Assembly (NCBI RefSeq): GCF_009834535.1
Contig: NC_045697.1
Coordinates: forward strand, 30,196,001 to 30,260,000
Source: Camelus ferus
Taxonomy: Eukaryota
Direction: 5' to 3'
Length of the DNA stretch: 64,000 nucleotides
Position 1 is the stretch's first letter, and the number at the start of each line of letters is the position of its first letter. The notes under the pieces are model-generated. The model saw only the letters and a program-made list of their open reading frames with translations, made no database searches and was not told the DNA's origin. The translations under genes and the position numbers were made by a program. Of this stretch, positions 12,137 through 25,099 are shown piece after piece.

Positions 12137-12722
12137 AATTGGGTCAGATTGAATGGAATATATAAAAACCAAGTATAAAAGTTGAGATATGGATAGATAA
12201 TAAGATACAGAATCTCTTTGCTCTTTTAAGAACTCAGTAAAAGAGAGGGCTACACAATTTAAATATTTGTTGCTAATTTATCTCTTCACACAAGTGCCCA
12301 AAAGTATAAAAATAGAAATATAAAATGTCCCAGATTTGTAAAAATCTCTCTTGCATTCTTTTTTCTTATCAGAAAGGACACAGAAGAGAGATTAAAGAAC
12401 CCAGGAGAAAGATTAAAACACAGGAGGACACAGAAAAAGATGAAAACACTAGAAAGTGCATGTCCACCTGTGGTGACTCAGTGTGGCCTGCCTGGATGCT
12501 GAATTCCTTCACCCGCCAAATGTCACAAAGGGTCCTTTTACTCTTGGATAATTATAAAATAAACAGATCTCCAGGGGAGAAGCCCCTCCACACTTTCAGA
12601 AGACCCCCCTTTTTAATGTGTACTCCATTAAGATTTTAAATGCAAAAACTCAGAGTTTATTACATTGCTACGCTTTCAAACTCAGCAGGACATCTTGACA
12701 TGATGGAAGGTAAAGAACTTGG

Positions 12723-12836
12723 TATGGTGACAAACTTTCCCAGTTTGTCCAGGAATGAGGGATTGTCCCAGGATGGGAGGTTTTCAGTTTTAAAACTAGG
12801 GCAATCTCAGGATGACTGAGATGGCTGATCATCCTA
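12723..12836. mobile_element. MER81-like hAT-Blackjack MITE
   Basis: Degenerate TIRs tatggtgaca / tgatcatccta and internal ttttcagttttaaaactaggg. Confidence 0.75.
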
Positions 12837-15800
12837 TTCTAACATCCTTTATGAAATCCAGTGGGCCTAATGAAATTGGCACACGAAACTAACTTATTAG
12901 AGACAAACAACTTTCACAGAAATAATTTACTGCAAGCTAATTCTCTGAGCCCTCACACTTAAAAGCCACAGAATCGAGCAGATCATCGGAGCAGATTTCT
13001 TTAAATTGGCTGGAAGTGCACAGCTCTTGTTTCAGCATCAATAGATGTATTCGGTCTCAACCCAGCAGTTCACTAACCACATGATGTTTAAGGTTAGGCT
13101 GAAGGTATTGAAAAAATATCCAGTGGCCTCAGAAAGTGGGGTGTTTGGAGGCTGGTGGGCAGAGGAGAAATTCTGTGCTTGTATCTCATTCCCGGGAGGA
13201 CCTCTGGCTGGGGGCACAGATCCCAGGAGCTGTTAGTAGTTTTAACCTTTGGCCACTTGATGACTGAACCCTTCTAGTCCATCCCGGTGCCTAGGGGCTC
13301 TCAGAAGTCTCCGCGGGTACAAGTTCTTGCTCAAGGTCCAACAGCTGTCAGAGCAGATGGCTGGGGATTTGTTTACCATGGTCCTAAGTATCACCCTTTA
13401 GCTCTAAGGCACTGGGAATGATTTGACAAATTTGATTAACTGAGAACAATATGACTCTGGCTTGGGAAGCTCACTCTACACTTGCACAGAGTTCCTTATG
13501 TTCTTTTCATGGTCTGAGGATACAGGATGATATTAGCTACCTCCTCAGTCCAATGAGACAATCAGAGAAAACAGAGAGAGTCACCCTTGGCTACCCCTTT
13601 TGTCTTACAGCTGAAAGTTTCGGTCAGTGAGTTTTGTGATTCACACGTGCAGCCAGCTGCGCTGTCAGGGAGAGGTTGGGAGCATCCCTGGCCCCGCCCC
13701 CAATAAATGGAAATGTGGCTTCAGGTTCCAAGGCACTCCATGTCTCATTTGTCATTTACAAACCATATCTGCTTTGTGAAACTACTGACAAGCAGTCGAG
13801 CTGCTGGAAAATCTAACCTGCCCTCCCAACTTGCCTCGGCCTCCTCTCAGCTTCCAGGAGTTCCCTGGGTGAACTCCCAGTGGGTGGTTTGCCAAGCATT
13901 TTGTGCTTTGAGATAGCGTGTGTGTCCTTGGGTCTGTGAAAGGCCCCGAGGCTGCTGGGTGGGGAGACAATAGTCAGCTCTGGAAAGTCAGTCTGTGGGA
14001 AATCCTGGGGGCGCTGCAAGTTGCTATGAATAGCCTGGCATTTGGAAGAGAAGCTTCGCAGAGGAGTCTCCTGCTGTGCCCTCTAGCTCTCAGCTTGATG
14101 AAGGAGACCAGCCCCGAGCCGAGCCGAGAGGTGGGAAGGGCTCGGGGAGGAGACCCATTAGAGGACAGGCTTTCTTGTGTCCAGATTCCACTTGGGTGAC
14201 CCTGGGGAGACAGCCTCTTTTCCAGGGCCACAATTGCTCCATTTACAAGCTGCAATTTGTCGCAAACAAAATTTGTGAATCCACCACTAACTGTCAGCTC
14301 AAGAGGTTGAAAGTTCAGTCCTGGGGAGGTCAGGATGCCTTCTAAAGGGCTGATGACTTTGCTCACAGCCTCCCCTCCCCCACTATGGTGCTTAGGGACC
14401 CTTCCCTGGGGAGAGAACCACATTCCGGATTCGGATGCCTGCAAAGCTGAATGCTCAGCGTCAGAGGGGCTCTGGCTCTGGAAGCATCAGTACAGCGGAC
14501 AGATGGACCCGTTAGATGTGACCTTTCTGCAGCAGAATGTTGACTTGGTTTATAATAAATATAGCCATTTGAGAAGAGCAAGGCAAGAAACGGTCTGGTG
14601 ATTATTAGAATTTTGCTGATGTTTGAAAGTTCAGCCAGTTTTGCTTGCATACTCCATGTGGAATAAAAAAGCCAGAAGGGCCCAGAAAAATGAGCTGTTC
14701 TTTGCCAAATCAAAATGTGTAAATAGCTCTTCTGAGAGTATAACAAAGGGCCTATTTTGCCTTTAGACACCAGAGCCAAAAACAGGAAAAGGCTACAATT
14801 AACTAACGGCAGCACAATGTGAAGTTAATCAATAATGGAACGATTATTACAAAGCTGTCGTGCATTCACCATACCTACTGCATGAGAGCTTCTTTCAGAG
14901 TATAAACATCCTTTCCAATTCCAGATACACATTTTTTCCTTTGTGATGACACAGTTTCATTTTCCATTGTGCCCTTAATTTTCATCTGCAGTCCTCTGAA
15001 CCTCAGTGCAAACTGTGACTAAATTCCTCCTTTCCCCCACATGGGATATGATGTTGGACTCCCAGGATGGCACTGCACTTCAGAGAAAGGGAAGACACTT
15101 CCATTTGGAGGCTGGCCTGGCAAGGATTGCATCCTTTATTTCCTTAACGAGCTCACAGTGGCCGCCTATAATGTGATATTGATGCCCTCAGATGGAAGTT
15201 CAATGAATGGTTCCACTTACACTGAGTAAATCACTTCAGGTCTTCCTGTCACCCAAACACCAACATGAGGTCTAACCTAGAGAAATGCTGATGGTTTTTA
15301 AACCTTTCTGGCAGTACCGCAGCAGATCTCCCCAGCAAGCCTACCTAACCGTCAGACACGCAGAGAACCTCCCCCTCAAAAACAGAGCCTCTGTTCCCTC
15401 CCTCCCCTGTCCCTTTGAGATCCCCAAAGCCACATGCTGATGTACACTGCTCCCACTCAGAGGGAGCTGCAGTGGGTCTCTCTTCCAAGGGTAGTGCTCT
15501 GGGAGACACCCTTTCCCTGTACGCTTCCTATTACCTGCCTCCCCTACCACACCCCCCGTAACACATCACCTGGAGTCAGCCGCTGAGAACACAAGAGTAA
15601 CTGTTCCTCGGTCATAGGGATCTTGAAGCCAGACTATGATGCCCAGTGATAAATTAATGGGAGACCTCCCATCACCTGGTAGGTAATTTTTTTCTAATTA
15701 AATTAATCTGATTTTTTTTATTATAAAAGGAGTGCATGCTCATTACTAAACATTTGTAAACTACAGAAAAGTAGAAAGTTGGAGGAAAAATAGAAAGCCT

Positions 15801-16859
15801 ACAGGTGGGTAATTATAGTCCCAGAATTATTAGTTATTTTGACTGGGTACCAGTTAATCCATAAATTAGATTTTTAGAGTCAACTGCAGTCCCATTTTCT
15901 AGTGTAACTGCCAGTGTCTCCCCTAAGTCAACACCACGATTATTTATCGCATTTCTTTCTGTCAGGACTCAGGCCCTCGAAAAATTCCAAGGCAAAACTG
16001 CTGTCCTCAGAGTCACCTCCCGGAACCTTTCTGTCTGGGCTCCAGGGCCTCCCCCTGTAGACCGCCTTCCCCACGCCAGCTTCTTTGAGCACTGGAACTC
16101 TTATTTTTTTCCCCCACAGCAAAAACCTCTTTAAATTTCTCCAAAATCTGTTTTTATAAAAAGTCCGATGTCTAACAGAGTTTCTGGCAATTAATCTCTT
16201 TACTTCCCTCTTGCAACATGGGAACATTTCTACGAAAGGATGAAAGCAGAGTTATGAAGCAAACGTCAGGCAAGAATTTGGCTCAGGTACAAAAATCAAA
16301 TATCCATCAATCTTAGCTAACTACAACTCAGCAAGGAAGCAACAAATGATCAGGAAAGTTTCTAAGAAGTCAAAGCAGCTTCGCAAAACCACGGTTTGTC
16401 CCTCTTAGTAGAACCCTATCCGAGAAAACGAGAGCTCTCATTCCCCTGGGGAACATGGAGTAAATCACAAGGTGACAATGGATTCTGGTGGGAAAGTAGC
16501 AACAACCCAGCTGAGATGAAGGAAATAGAAAAACTACCAAAGGCAGACGGGAGAACTCAAAATGCATAGCAGCCTGAGGCCGCGTTGTGCAGGGCGAGTT
16601 GCCCTCGGCACCTCGGTGGCCCTGACTTAGTGCCACGTCACCACATGATGCAGTTACAATGATAATGAGGGAAAACTGTGTTCTGCACTGGGTGTTTAGA
16701 AAAATGGAAATGTGTGGCTCATTTTAGAAATATATTTTTAAACTTTCAGTGGGAATTATACAGTAAACTCAATCATCACAACCAGTTTATTGTCACTGGG
16801 AGGTGCTAGGCTGTACCCGTAGCTACTGTGGCCGACCAAGAGGCCTCCTGAGGCCACTG

Positions 16860-16975
16860 CCTTCCTCTAAGCTGCATGAGGGCAGGGCTTGCTGTTTTGT
16901 TCACTGCCTTTAAGCGACACCTATAACACTGGTGGTACATAATTGATGCCCAAAGTGGTATTTGTTTAACACATA
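16860..16975 (+). mobile_element. L2 3' end fragment
   Basis: taagctgcatgagggcaggg...tgttttgttcactgc. Confidence 0.75.
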
Positions 16976-17224
16976 ACCAAAGGCTGATGGGAAGTGTAGG
17001 GGCAGAGAAGAGGGTGGATATGAAGAGGCCTATCAAGGCATACTCTGAGGATAGGTTGGAGCCGAAGGCTTGGCTTCAGCAGACACATAGGACACTACGG
17101 ATATCATCTCAGGACTGAAGATGTCTCAACAGATAGATAAGTATCTAGTTCTTTTTTGAAGCCAATAAGTAGCATTAAAATAATTTGAAGCATTTTGAAA
17201 ACCATAGTAAAACCTAAGTATTAT

Positions 17225-17615
17225 AGTGTAATTGCTGCGACAAATAGACCAGCTAATATATAATTTTATATATACATACAAAAAGTCAATATTGATGACT
17301 CAAACACAATGTACTTTATTTATTATCATAATGGGTGGGTGAACAGTCAGCCCTTCCCTACCAGTCATCCAGGGACTCTCTGCACTGATGGAGGCTCTAC
17401 CAGCCTCAAGAAGGAGCTACCAGTCGCTCTGTGGAATTGTCTCCATTCTAGCCTCCTGAAAGGGGAAAAGGACACACAGTAGTTTTACTCCCACTGGTGC
17501 GAGCACAGTCTCCAGGCAACAGCTAACTGCAAGGGAGGCTGGGAAACGCAGCTCTGCTGTGTGTCTAGGAAGATGAGAACAAGGGCTTTGGAGAACGACT
17601 CACAGCCTCTGCCAT
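17225..17615 (-). mobile_element. MaLR solo LTR (old MLT1, K/L-like)
   Basis: gtcatccagggac, ctaactgcaagggaggctgggaaa, ending ctctgcca. Confidence 0.75.
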
Positions 17616-17709
17616 GAGTTGACTAGCTGAGCAACAATTACCCACCCTAACTGTCCAACAAATGTTGTATACTTTCATTCTATATGGAATAACACAGTCA
17701 TTCTGCAAT

Positions 17710-18063
17710 GCATACAACTACCGAATCATTTTACTGTACACCTGAAACTAATATAATGTTCTATGTCAATTATACCTCAGTTTTAAAATAATAAACTTTT
17801 AAAAAATAGTACATTCTATATGATTAATTTATATGAAGTTTAAAAACAAGAAAAACTAATTTGGAACTTAGAATGTTTGTTACTCTTGGGGAAGAGAGGG
17901 CAGTGACCTTGGGTGGGTACATGAGGGGGTTCCTGGACAGCTGGTCATGTTCTATTTCTTGTGTGTACTGTTTACCAGGTGTGTTCCCCTTTGGATCATT
18001 CATTAAGCTTTATGCCTACGATTTTCATACTTTTCAGTACGTATGCTTTACTTCAACACAAAA
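17710..18063 (+). mobile_element. L1 3' fragments (short L1MA-like tail followed by an L1ME-like 3'UTR)
   Basis: tgtacacctgaaactaatataatg...tcaattatacctca, then tatatgaagttt...ggtcatgttctatttcttg. Confidence 0.7.
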
Positions 18064-18114
18064 TCCGGTCAGTTGGATCCAGAAATTTTTTTTCTGGTGA
18101 GCCTCATGGCCAGG

Positions 18115-18300
18115 TGGCATAGTGTTTGGTTCAAGACTCTGAAATTAGAGGGTCTAGATTCACATCCAGGATGTAATCACCTCCTATCCGAGATCTTGTT
18201 ACTAGCTCTCTGAGTTTCAGCTTTTTTATCTGTACAACAGGCTAACTGTGATACCTCAGTCATCGGTACTGAGAGAATTAACTCATCTCAGTAAACATTA
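18115..18300 (+). mobile_element. MIR SINE (diverged)
   Basis: ctctctgagtttcagcttttttatctgta core. Confidence 0.65.
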
Positions 18301-18949
18301 GCTCTTGTGGTAGCTCTTGTTGCTCTTCCTCTATGGCCTTGGAGAAGATGGAAATGTGCTGGGGAAGAGGGAGGGAAGGGGAAAGTTGAGTTAAGATAAA
18401 TTTTGAAGGTGAAGAATGAGAGGGAAATTGTGATGTTGAGATGAAGGAGAAAGAGACCAAAGGGTTGGCTTTCCTCCTTCTGTTCCCTGCCTTCTATTCT
18501 GGCCTCCTGTCCATCTCTAGACATGCAAGGTGGACATACCAGGTGATCTCCAGCTGGTTAGTCTTTCCAACTATAAATATCTTGAGATAGGAAGGTGTGC
18601 AAACATCATCCAAAAGCCAAGCACAAACTTACATGTCTGATCTAACCTCAAATACAAAGGCCCAGAAACTTGAGAGTTAAGGGAGGTAAATTCTCAGTGA
18701 TGGGATTATAGATTATTTTTTAAAAAAGAAAGAAAAAGGAAAGAAAAGAAATAACATAAACACAAGCAAACAAGTTCATCCAAGAAATTCATGCATAGAG
18801 GATATGTCTTGAATTTATTACAGGTGTAGTCTAACCTCCTGTAGTTTTTATTTTATTTATTTATTTTTGCTTCAAGAAGTCTGTAGTTTTTAAGTTTTTT
18901 AAATTTCTTAATTTTTAAATTTTTTTGTAGTTTTTAAATGAATCTATAA

Positions 18950-19100
18950 AATCATAGTGTCTCAGAGCTGGAAATGAAAATAGAAATCATGTAACTCCAT
19001 CCCTTCATTTTGTGGATCAGAAGCAAGCACCAAAATCCTCTGTGATTTTCCTAAGATAACAAAAGGAGTTAGCTTGTGACAGAGCTGGGGCTAGGACCCA
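18950..19100 (-). mobile_element. MIR/MIR3 fragment
   Basis: agagctggaa...ccttcattttgtgga...tgacagagctggggctaggaccca. Confidence 0.6.
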
Positions 19101-19277
19101 AACTTGATAATAATGGAAATGAAGAACAGTGACCCTGAGTTTCTGAAAGACTAATCATTGAGGAGACCATGGCCATTACAATCTACTTGCAGGGCTGATA
19201 TATTTTTAGAAGCATTTTCATCAACAAAGGTTGAAATCAAAATGATTGCCTTTCTGAGTTTATTAAAGATGATGGGT

Positions 19278-19615
19278 TAAAGACGGTCATAAATTCTTTC
19301 CAGATCCTCCACTGAGAAGCTGAGTCTACACCCTCTCCCTGTGATGCTAGTGTGGCCCCATAACTGATTTCAGTGACACAGGACGCTTCCGAGGCTGGGT
19401 CTCAAGTAATCTATGGCTGCTGAGTTCACAGGCTCCAGGAGAACCAAAGCCCTCTGATTGACAGCCCCAGCCAAGCTCCCAGCTTATAGCCACACCCACT
19501 GCCCGTCCCTCGGGTTAGTTGTTGGAGTGCTCAGCCCAGACTGGAGAATCATGAGAAAATAAATTGTTGTTTTAAACCATTACATTTTTGGGTGGCTTGC
19601 TTTAGAGCAGAAAAT
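19278..19615 (+). mobile_element. MaLR solo LTR (MLT1H-like)
   Basis: gacagccccagccaagctcccagc and 3' end aataaattgttgttttaaaccatta. Confidence 0.75.
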
Positions 19616-19759
19616 GTTCACTCAAGCATTAAGTTTAAAGAGGCTTCACAGAAATTAACAACTTCATCAACTTAGTGAAAAAAAACTCCAATATTTTAAG
19701 CAGAGGAGAAAACGGCGATGAATTATTTCCCCAAATCCTTAGAAATAAATGACAGAGGG

Positions 19760-21290
19760 ATCTATTTGATTAAGAGTGGTCAGGGTAGGACTCTCTAAGA
19801 TGGGGACGTTGGAGCAGATGTCTGAGGGAAGGAGAGGATCAAGTAGGTGAAGTCAGAAAATGCAAAGGCAGTGAGACAGGTGAGGGCTTGGTAAAGCTGA
19901 GTGGAGCTCCCCTTTGCCCGTGCCACCCTGAGTTCAGATGGTGATGCAGAAGTAGATCAAGGTTTCTCTTCTCTGTCAGACCACTTATTTATCCATGCAT
20001 GCATACCTTCAACAGTTATTTATCAAATACCTGCAATGAGCCAGCTATAGTGTCAGGGGCTGAGATATACATGGTAACCAATCAGAGAAGAGGGTTAGGA
20101 TTAAGGTTAGGGTCCAGGTGTCCGGAGAAGAAAAAACTGAAAGTAAATAAGTAAACAAATAAATGGACAAGATACTATTGGGTAGGTAAGTGCTATGAAG
20201 AAAACCAAAAAGGATGAAATGACAAGACGTGACCAGAAGGAGATTTAGTTGTCGAACCCAGGGAAGCGCTCTCCAAGAAAATGACATTTGTAGGAGACCA
20301 AAATGATACAAAGGTTACAGCCATGCAGATATCTGAAAAAGAGTATTCCAGGCAGAGGGAACAACAAATGCAAATGTCTAAATCCAGGAATGAATTTCAC
20401 ATTGTCAAAAAACAGAGAGAAGGTCAGAGTGACTGAGGAAAAATAAAGCGGGAGAGTGGTATCAGATGAAGTCAGAGATAGACAGGAGCCAACTTCACGT
20501 AGGAGCTTGTTAGCCTTGACAAGCCTGGATTTGACTTTGAGTGCAATGGAAAGTCATTGAAGGTTTTAAGAATAAGAGCTTCTCAATCTGATTTGTGTCC
20601 TTTGAACATCACACTGGCTGCCATGGGGGAGAGGGAGGCCAAGTGAAAAATGATGGTAGCTTAAAAGCGGTATCAGCAGGAATGGCAGGAAGTACATATG
20701 TTTGGAATGTGTTTTGGACACGGAATCATTCAGACTTGCCAATGGGCTAAAAGTGAGGGTTGAAGGAAACAGAGAAATCAAGAATGACCCCTAAATCTTG
20801 GCTTGAACAACTGAGGTGATGAGGGTTCCATGGGTTGAGATGGAGACCACTGTCCTGAGAGTAGGACTGGTGGCAGGAAATCAAGTGTTCTGTTTTGGTC
20901 ACGTTAAAATTGAGAACTCATTAGCTACAGACACGGAAATGTCAAGAAGCAAGGGGATTTTTGAGTCTGAAAGTCTGAAAATGGAAAGACACAACTGGAG
21001 GAATAGGAATCATTGGTCATATGGATGGTATTCAAAGTCTTTACAGAGAGTGAGAATTCCTAAAGAGAGATCATAAAAGGAAAAGAGAATGAAGCCTAAA
21101 ATCCAGCCCTGGGTTACTCCAACATTAAGGGCTTGAGCAGAGGACAGCCAGCAAAGAATGAAAAGGATCAGTCAGTGACATAGAAGAAAACCCAGATGCA
21201 GAGTGTGGTGTCATGGAAGCCAGGAGGAAATATTCTTCCAAGGAGGGAATGACTGAGTGTGTTGAATAATTTTAAGAGCTCAAATAGTTT
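19760..21290 (-). mobile_element. L2 LINE, long fragment
   Basis: Tail ttcaacagttatttatcaaatacct, attccaggcagagggaacaaca, gagtgcaatggaaagtcattgaaggttttaag. Confidence 0.88.
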
Positions 21291-21349
21291 ATCTTCCCAT
21301 TGTTCAGACTGAAAGCCTGACTGTTCCTTCTCTCACTCTCTGTATCCCG

Positions 21350-21776
21350 AAGGCAAATCTGACTATTTTCCACCACTTCCAAGGCACCTCCTCACGTGGA
21401 TTCTGAAGCAGCCTCTTAATTGGTCTCTTGGCTTCTGCCTTTGCTCCCTGTGTTGGTTATCTACTGCTGCATAGCAGATTATCCCCAAAGTTAGACGCTT
21501 AAAATAAGCATTCATTCTCTCACAGTGTCTGTGGATCAGGAACCCAGGAGAGGCTTAGCTGGGTGGTTCTGGCTCAGCGCCTCCATTGAGGTGACATCAA
21601 GATCCTCTGAAGGCTTGAGTGGAGGAGCCGCTTCCAAGATGGCTCATTGGCGTGGCTGTCCATGCAGGACCTCAGCTCCTCTCTGGTTCCTGGAAGGAGG
21701 TCTCCGTTCCTCACCACCTGGGCTCTCCATAGGCTGCTCAAATGTCCTCCTCACATTACAGCTGGCTACCCCAGAG

Positions 21777-21826
<50 letters not shown>

Positions 21827-22600
21827 TGCAAGGAGGAGGCTGCATTGCTCCTCGTGTTTAATCTCCAAAGTCACACCACTTCCACCACTGCTGTTTTTGA
21901 GAAGTGAGTCACTGAATGCAGTTCACACTCAAGGGTAGGAAATTAGGTTCTGCCCTTTGAAAAGAGGAGCATTAAAGCATTTGTGGGTACATGTTTTAAA
22001 ACCATCACACTCCCCTATAAGCTATTCTAGGTACGGAAGCTAGAGGGATCATTTATAACTATTCTCTACCCAGTGATCTAGACGAGCAAAAGACAAATTC
22101 TAGCGGTGAACCTCAGAGTCCTCCATGCCCCTGCAACCTCTCTGCCCTCACCTCCTACCCCTCTCCGCATTGTTCTCTCCACTCTAGCCCCTCCAGCCTC
22201 CTTACTGCTCCTGCTACCTCCTCGGGGCCTTTGCACTTGCTGTTCCTCTGTCTGGAATGCAGATCCTCCCAGATATCCAAATGGCTCTTTATCTCACTTT
22301 CCTTAGGTTTTTACTCAAATGTCACCTTCTCGGTGAAATCATCCCTGACCACCCTACTTCAGTCGCCGCTCTCGCACTTCACTTGCACTCCCTAACTCCT
22401 TCTCCGCTGTATTTTCCTCCACTGCACTAATCCCATCTGTCACCCCACGTATTTTACTTATTTCTTTTGTGTCTCTCTCCCCACTAACTTGCCAGCTCCA
22501 TGTAGGCAGGGATATGTGTCTGCTCTGTTCACTGCTATCAACCTAGTGTCTGGAACAGTGTCTGGCATGAAGGAGGCACTCAATAAATATGTCCTGAACG
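21350..22600 (+). mobile_element. L2 LINE 3' region, interrupted by an MLT1 LTR
   Basis: ggcctttgcacttgctgttcctctgtctggaatgc and terminus aggaggcactcaataaatat. Confidence 0.88.
21449..22009 (-). mobile_element. MaLR solo LTR (MLT1F-like), full length, with internal (AG)n at ~21779-21826
   Basis: TG...CA termini and perfect 5-bp TSD ctccc (21444-21448, 22010-22014). Confidence 0.9.
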
Positions 22601-23458
22601 TTGGAAACCAGAGGTAGAAAACACCTAAGGAATCATGCTTCCAAAATGAGAATATGCTCTGGTTCTCAGAAGTTTGTCTCAAAGGGAAAATCACTAAAAA
22701 CTACAAGCTCTTTCTCCTATCTGGGATGGGGTAACCATGTTCTCATGGGTACCAAGCACCTACCTGTCTTTCCTGCATCTTCTGCCAGGGCAAGTTGACA
22801 AAGTTGTGCCCTGATAATGCAGGAGGCAAAAATACATGCCAAAACCACATGGGGGCTGCCCAGGAGGAACTCAAGAAGGCAAAGGGCTACATGGTAATAA
22901 AGATATCTGTCTTGCAGAGTAGAGTAAGTCCATGTCAGAGTTTTATTTTGGCTCTTGGACAAGTTTAGTCTCTCTCATGTTCTTGCCATCTTGAATGCAC
23001 GTCTTGTTTACACAGAACTAAAAACAGACTTCACAGTGACTTCCAGCCAGGCTCATCTCTTTCTCTAAGAGCCTTTTCTGCAAACAAAAGTAAACTCCTC
23101 GCAAGGCCAGGAACATGCCTGCCTCCTACAAGCATTTCCCACAGAAAGTCTGAGCACAGCAGGTAGATTGTGTCAGCCTGCCAGCGAGGTGCTCTAAGCC
23201 AGCGAGAAAGATTGCCCAAAGGCAGCAACAGTGTCTTCCTTCTCTGGGGAGGCTTCAGAATGTGGTGAAATGAGCAGGAACTCTCCAAGGAGGTGATGGC
23301 GGGCAGTGGGGAAGAGGGGACTAGGGCAGTTGCAGGTGAGGTAGGACAAGGAACGACATTTAATCCTGATGCCTGAAGGATGCCAGCCATGGAGATGAAG
23401 GCTGTATCTACGCACTTATCTTATGCCTCCACCTCCTCTTGGACCCATTGGCCGAGAG

Positions 23459-23637
23459 CAGTACTGTTCAATGGAGCTTTCTGTGATGTTGGAAATGTGC
23501 TATGTCTGCATTATCCAATATGGTAGTCACTAATCACGTGTTGCTGTTGAACAATTGAAATGTAGCTAGTGTGACTGAATTTTTAATTTAATTTAAATAG
23601 CCACATATGGCTAGCATCTACTATATTGAACAGTGCA
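23459..23637. mobile_element. MER3 hAT-Charlie element
   Basis: ctttctgtgatgttggaaatgt...aaatagccacatatggctag...attgaacagtgca. Confidence 0.85.
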
Positions 23638-23649
23638 AATCTAGAGCAG

Positions 23650-23870
23650 AAGAAGGCCTTCAGAGTCAAACAAACCTGGGTTTGAATCCTGGCTCTGCTC
23701 TCCACTAGCTGTGTGACCTTGGACAAGTCACTCAATCTCCAGAAGCTCCTGTTTTCCCAATATATAAAACAGCACTAGTGAGACTTCCTTCATCAGATTG
23801 TTGTGAGGATGAAATAAGCTATTGCATGAAAAGCACTTGACACGTGGCTGCTCCATATATGGTTAGCCTT
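23650..23870 (+). mobile_element. MIR SINE
   Basis: cctgggtttgaatcctggctctgc...ctagctgtgtgaccttggacaagtcac. Confidence 0.9.
23853..23862. promoter_or_regulatory. Perfect CArG box (candidate SRF site) in a MIR tail
   Basis: ccatatatgg = CC(A/T)6GG. Confidence 0.35.
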
Positions 23871-23972
23871 CTGGTGCAATTTGAATTAAATGTTGATTAA
23901 ACTTCTTTCTCATGATGAGATTTTCTTTAATTAAAAAAATTCTTCCAAACTCAGCTCCACCAGTATGTAGAC

Positions 23973-24194
23973 CAGTGATTCTGAACCAGGGGTAATTTTG
24001 TTCCTTCCAGGACATTTGGCAACGTCTGGAGATATTTTGGATTGCTACAAGTGGGAAATACTACCGGAACCAAATGGATAGACACCAAGGATTTTCTTAA
24101 ACATTTTGAAGTGCCTTAGACAGCTTCCCCCACCCACCCTTAACAATTAATTGTCTGCTCAAAATAGCAACAGTGCCAAGACTAAGAAACTCTG
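23973..24194. mobile_element. MER20 hAT-Charlie element
   Basis: ggacatttggcaacgtctggagatattttgg...aacagtgccaagactaagaaactctg. Confidence 0.85.
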
Positions 24195-24459
24195 ATGTGG
24201 ATGCACCCTAAGAATGAGCTCACTGAAATATAAAGCCATTTCCAGATCTCACCTCATTATTCCCTAAAGCCTTCTCTCTACTCCAAACTCTTCCCCTACC
24301 CTTCACCAACTATCCTCCAAATTTTTTCTTTTATTGAAAGCCCCATAAACATGGCAAATTCTCAAAGGAATATATACAGAGTCATGTTCACGGAGGCAAA
24401 TTTCACTTCAACGAATAAGGTCACAGTCAAGACCTGCCCCACCATCACATTTACTGATC

Positions 24460-24800
24460 TCTCTGCCTGGAGCACTCCCCACCCACCGCCCTCCCAGATG
24501 TCTTCATGGCTTGCTTCATCACTCCCTAATGTTGGAATGTTCGTGAACCTCATCTGTTCGACTGTAATTTCCCGCAGAGGCCTTCCCTGGTCATCCTTTC
24601 AAAAACAGCCTGGCCCTGTCATTCTCTAGCCCCTGCTTTATTTGTTTCTCAGAGCACCTGACGTCACACTCCATGCTTACGTGCTTAGAGTGGCAGGTGC
24701 TCAGAGCAAGGATTTGGGTCTTCAAAATTGTATCCCCAGGGCCCAGAGCTGTGCCCGACACATAGTTACTGCTTAGAAAATGTTTGTGGAATAAATGGAA
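24460..24800 (+). mobile_element. L2 3' end
   Basis: cagaggccttccctgg...tgtatccccagggccc...aatgtttgtggaataaatg. Confidence 0.75.
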
Positions 24801-25099
24801 AAAGTTCCTAGCCAGGTATAAGGACATCCATATTTCAAGTAATATTCAGTGCAATGACTTCCTCAAGTGTAGAAGAGTATTTAAGTCTCTGGGAGGTCTG
24901 AATAATAGGACCTGAACTTCGGCAGAAAGTAACATGAAAGAGACAGAGACAGAGAGAATGGAGCCAGGTCTAAGGCTTTGCAGCACTGATTCTGGTTCTG
25001 ACCCTTACGCTCACATGTGAGTGTGTGTGTGTGTGTAAATGCGGGGAAGAGAGGGAAGGAGATTTTTGAAAAAGTCAGATTTTAGGCTTGTTTACATAT

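Noticed and set aside
13700..13710. Possible CArG box ccaataaatgg
   Set aside because: Seven rather than six A/T bases between CC and GG
13974..14815. Longest ORFs (156 aa and 150 aa, minus strand)
   Set aside because: No recognisable domain and no supporting exon structure; lengths are compatible with chance in 64 kb
21525..21938. 137-aa ORF with an ERERE run
   Set aside because: Lies entirely within the MLT1F-like LTR and its (AG)n repeat
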